In this document: piece after piece, positions 61,223 to 64,000 of the stretch
How the letters are laid out: every line of letters begins with the position of its first letter
Numbering within the stretch: the stretch's first letter is position 1
Assembly (NCBI GenBank): GCA_973895155.1
Contig: OZ316896.1
Span: 18,216,754-18,280,753, forward strand
DNA from: Marsupella aquatica
Lineage: Eukaryota > Plantae > Marchantiophyta
Direction: 5' to 3'
DNA length: 64,000 bases
The notes under the pieces: generated by a model
Databases searched by the model: none
Told to the model about the DNA's origin: nothing
What the model saw: the letters and a program-made list of their open reading frames with translations, nothing else
Translations under genes and position numbers: made by a program

Positions 61223-61921
61223 CTACTTGATCTCGCATGGAAGGCCAGGCCCAATTCCTTTGAAAAAGTGCCCTACATATCGTCGACCTGATTGGTCTGT
61301 ATAAACACCCATCCCGTGCATTGTGTTCTCTCTCCAATCTCCTTTATAACTGCGCCCATCAGCCCACTTGTATTCTCCCTGGCCAAAGTACTTATTCATG
61401 TCCCAATTCCCTTCATAAGTTGCACCACTTGCATATCTAAATGTTCCTTGACCCGAGATTTGATCATCCTTCCAATCACCCTCGTAACGATACTCTCCAT
61501 CCATGTAGACCCCTTTTCCGTGGCGAAAACGGTTGGGCCTTGGTTGCTCAGGTGGAGGAGATCCACCTTCAGCAATTGCTTTTTCCTCCTCTTGTTTGCT
61601 ATCCTTCGCACCTTCTTTTTTTGGACTCTTGGGTGGAGGCTTTCCATCAACCTTCTTCTTATCTTCTTTAGCAGTTTTCTCTCCCTTCACTTTACCTTTG
61701 GACCCCTTCTCATGGTTCTTTGCTTCTGAATCTGCCTTTGCCTCTTCATTTGGGTCAGGAGCAATTATCCATTCTCCTTCATAGGTAGCGCCACTCGGAT
61801 AATAAAATTTGCCCGTTCCATGAGAAGGATCTGGAATGTCTTCAATTGGCTGTGATGGCTCATCTGTAGTTTTTCCAGCTTTGCCTTTAGATCCTTTCTC
61901 CTTGTCTGCCATGGGGGCCAT
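61223..61921 (-). CDS. MORN-repeat protein (MORN2-like, about 232 aa)
   Basis: MORN repeats (YEGDWKDDQISGQGTF, YEGNWDMNKYFGQGEY, YKGDWRENTMHGMGVY) with a Lys/Glu-rich insert splitting the first repeat. ATG at 61921 or 61912 follows a splice acceptor near 61936. Confidence 0.88.
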   Translation of the reverse strand: MAPMADKEKGSKGKAGKTTDEPSQPIEDIPDPSHGTGKFYYPSGATYEGEWIIAPDPNEEAKADSEAKNHEKGSKGKVKGEKTAKEDKKKVDGKPPPKSPKKEGAKDSKQEEEKAIAEGGSPPPEQPRPNRFRHGKGVYMDGEYRYEGDWKDDQISGQGTFRYASGATYEGNWDMNKYFGQGEYKWADGRSYKGDWRENTMHGMGVYTDQSGRRYVGHFFKGIGPGLPCEIK

Positions 61922-64000
61922 GAGAAGCGTCCTACCTAGGAGTACAAAAGGCTGAGAAAAGAGTGGAACTATACAAAAGGGGACCAATTTTGACAAGGAA
62001 GGAGAGATCCCATCCAAAGAGACGAGAGGGAACAACCCAAGCAGAACAACATTGGTATCCTAGCAGTTTTTTTGCGATGGGTTCGAAAAAAACATTGCAA
62101 GAAATATTAAACATCAGTGAGGAATTGTTTGGAAATTTAGAAAATCAGAAAATGAAATTGCAAATGTATCTGTACAGATATATTCAATTTCAATAATTTA
62201 AGTCTGCCATTTATGACCTCTTCTAGAGTGAAGCACTAGGTCGTAATTTTCTCAGATAACACAAAATTTATATTAGGCAATGCTTGCACAAATATGGACA
62301 GGCATGTCGAGGAGATTGGATCCACGGGCCTTCCTTTGCAATGCAAGTGTATTTGGGGTATTGTAGTTTCTCAACAAGGTAAACCTGAACAATCTTCTTC
62401 TTTTTACTCTCATATCCATATTCAAACCTATCCTAATATGCAACTCAGAATGATGGACTAATTATGACTACTTTCTCTGCCAATATGAGTAAAATGTGGT
62501 CCATTTGAGTTGCAAAAAATCCATGTGAGAAATTTGGCACACCCTACAGGTCCATACAAGCATAATTTTCATGGTTCATCCAAGCATCAATTTTGGAAAT
62601 TGAATTCTGTTATTGTCATATTGCTCATCAATCACAAAAGTTTGACAAAGAGCTTGGATCATGAATTACTGCAACCTAACAAATAATCTTGCCTTATGAT
62701 CATACTTTAGGGTCTCAAACTACGCTGCATTGTGATCCCCCTTCAGAGCATCAACCTCACTGCTTCCCTACCGTCTTAAACGCATTAATTGAAGGTCTGC
62801 CTCATATTCACCACGAAAAGCGACTCTCATACACAGGATATGTCATATTTTTTATGTGCACTTACCAAGACCCAAAGAGTTTCACAAGGACTCAAGAAGG
62901 CTCACCACAGAACGCACTGGTCAGTTGACCAGGGGATGAGCCTAGAACCAAGAGGTCCCAATTCAATCCCCCCTCCACATTCAAGGGTTCTGGGGTGAGT
63001 GTGTGTGTGGGTGAGGTGTAGTGATGGGAGTACTGGTTTCTAATCAGCCCCCCTTGGTTAGTCCACTTTGGGGCTCTAGTCCAACCCTCTTTCCCTTTTG
63101 ATACTGGGTATGACCCCCCTTGTGAGCTACCCTACATTGGTGCATGCTCCAGAGTTGATAGTCTATCTACCCTCTCTCTTGGATGGGTGGGTCAGCTTTC
63201 ACTATTCAAGGCAGAAAAAGGAAAGCTCAGATGCTCAATCACATTTTAAAGTAAACACGTGCATATTTTAAAGCCGTCTTTTGGAGCCTCCACATCCACA
63301 GTACTGACCCGTGCAAAATGATAATTGTCCAAATTTCCAAGGGACTCGTGGCAAGGTCCCTCTGGTCCTCGTACTTTGACACGGTCGTCGTCGTCGAGCT
63401 CCTACTTTCCCCTTTTCGAGGCCCTCGAATCTCGACTGTTTCAGCCCTTCATCGATCTGATCCGTCCTGCTTTCCTTCATTCCCGCGGATTGGACTTTAT
63501 CGATCAGCGTTGGTCAACATTTCCGAATCCCGACCCAGCCAACCCTCCATGGCTCCATCGCCTTCTCCCATCCCGTGACCCTTCATAAGCCCAGGTCGCA
63601 GCCTTCTTTCCTCATCATCGAGCTCATCTTTCGACCAACAACAACCAAAAACAAGAGATTCATAGATCCAAAGCTCCTCCACCACCAAAACCATCCAGTG
63701 CGGCATCACCACTGTTCAACAGTAAACCCAACAGCTCGATCGATCGTCCTTTGGACATATCGATACTGGATTGGGCTTCGAGATTATCAATCAATTGAGC
63801 CTTTTGCACAATGGCGCTGTTAGGAATGAAGTCGATTGCTGAAGTTGAAGGGATACAGTCTCATGCTGCTGTTCAGAGGTCACTTTGCTGGAGCAGCAGG
63901 AGCAGAAGTGGAACGAGTAGAGTGTCTTTGCCAGTGAGTCTTCGGCCATCGATCAGGAAGGGCAGTAGCGTAGGGAACCGGGTTGCCATAACGTGCACGA

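Noticed and set aside
62915-63060. Possible second tRNA-derived SINE head
   Set aside because: A and B boxes are too degenerate and there is no second copy in the window.

Overview
Plant nuclear DNA, most likely a non-seed plant such as a liverwort or other bryophyte (inferred from a MORN2-type cilia-associated gene and apparently long, intron-containing UTRs). Host genes: F-box/kelch protein, TVP38/TMEM64 (VTT-domain) membrane protein, a four-exon prefoldin subunit 5 with a GC-AG intron, a DAD1-like phospholipase A1, a MORN-repeat protein and tRNA-Arg(UCG). An intronless 213-aa gene closely resembles an ascomycete family with an IFI27/ISG12-like C-terminus and is a candidate fungus-to-plant transfer. 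The main structure is a very young Ty1/Copia element (33928-45117, minus strand, 439-bp LTRs differing at one base, CTCAT TSD). Its integrase is split by a 4651-bp insert (36598-41248) with TG...CA ends and a 5-bp CACCA TSD, but no second LTR and no gag/pol. The insert carries one collinear ~3.6-kb reading frame, which a predicted 99-nt intron would join into a ~1170-aa coiled-coil protein with NLS-like motifs. It is best read as a giant protein-coding solo LTR and is the top candidate for an undescribed system. The window also holds a 482-bp fold-back MITE and two mini-Helitrons, each with an empty site nearby, a hairpin/uORF tandem array upstream of the F-box gene, and several decayed elements. 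All calls were made by eye; no database searches were run.
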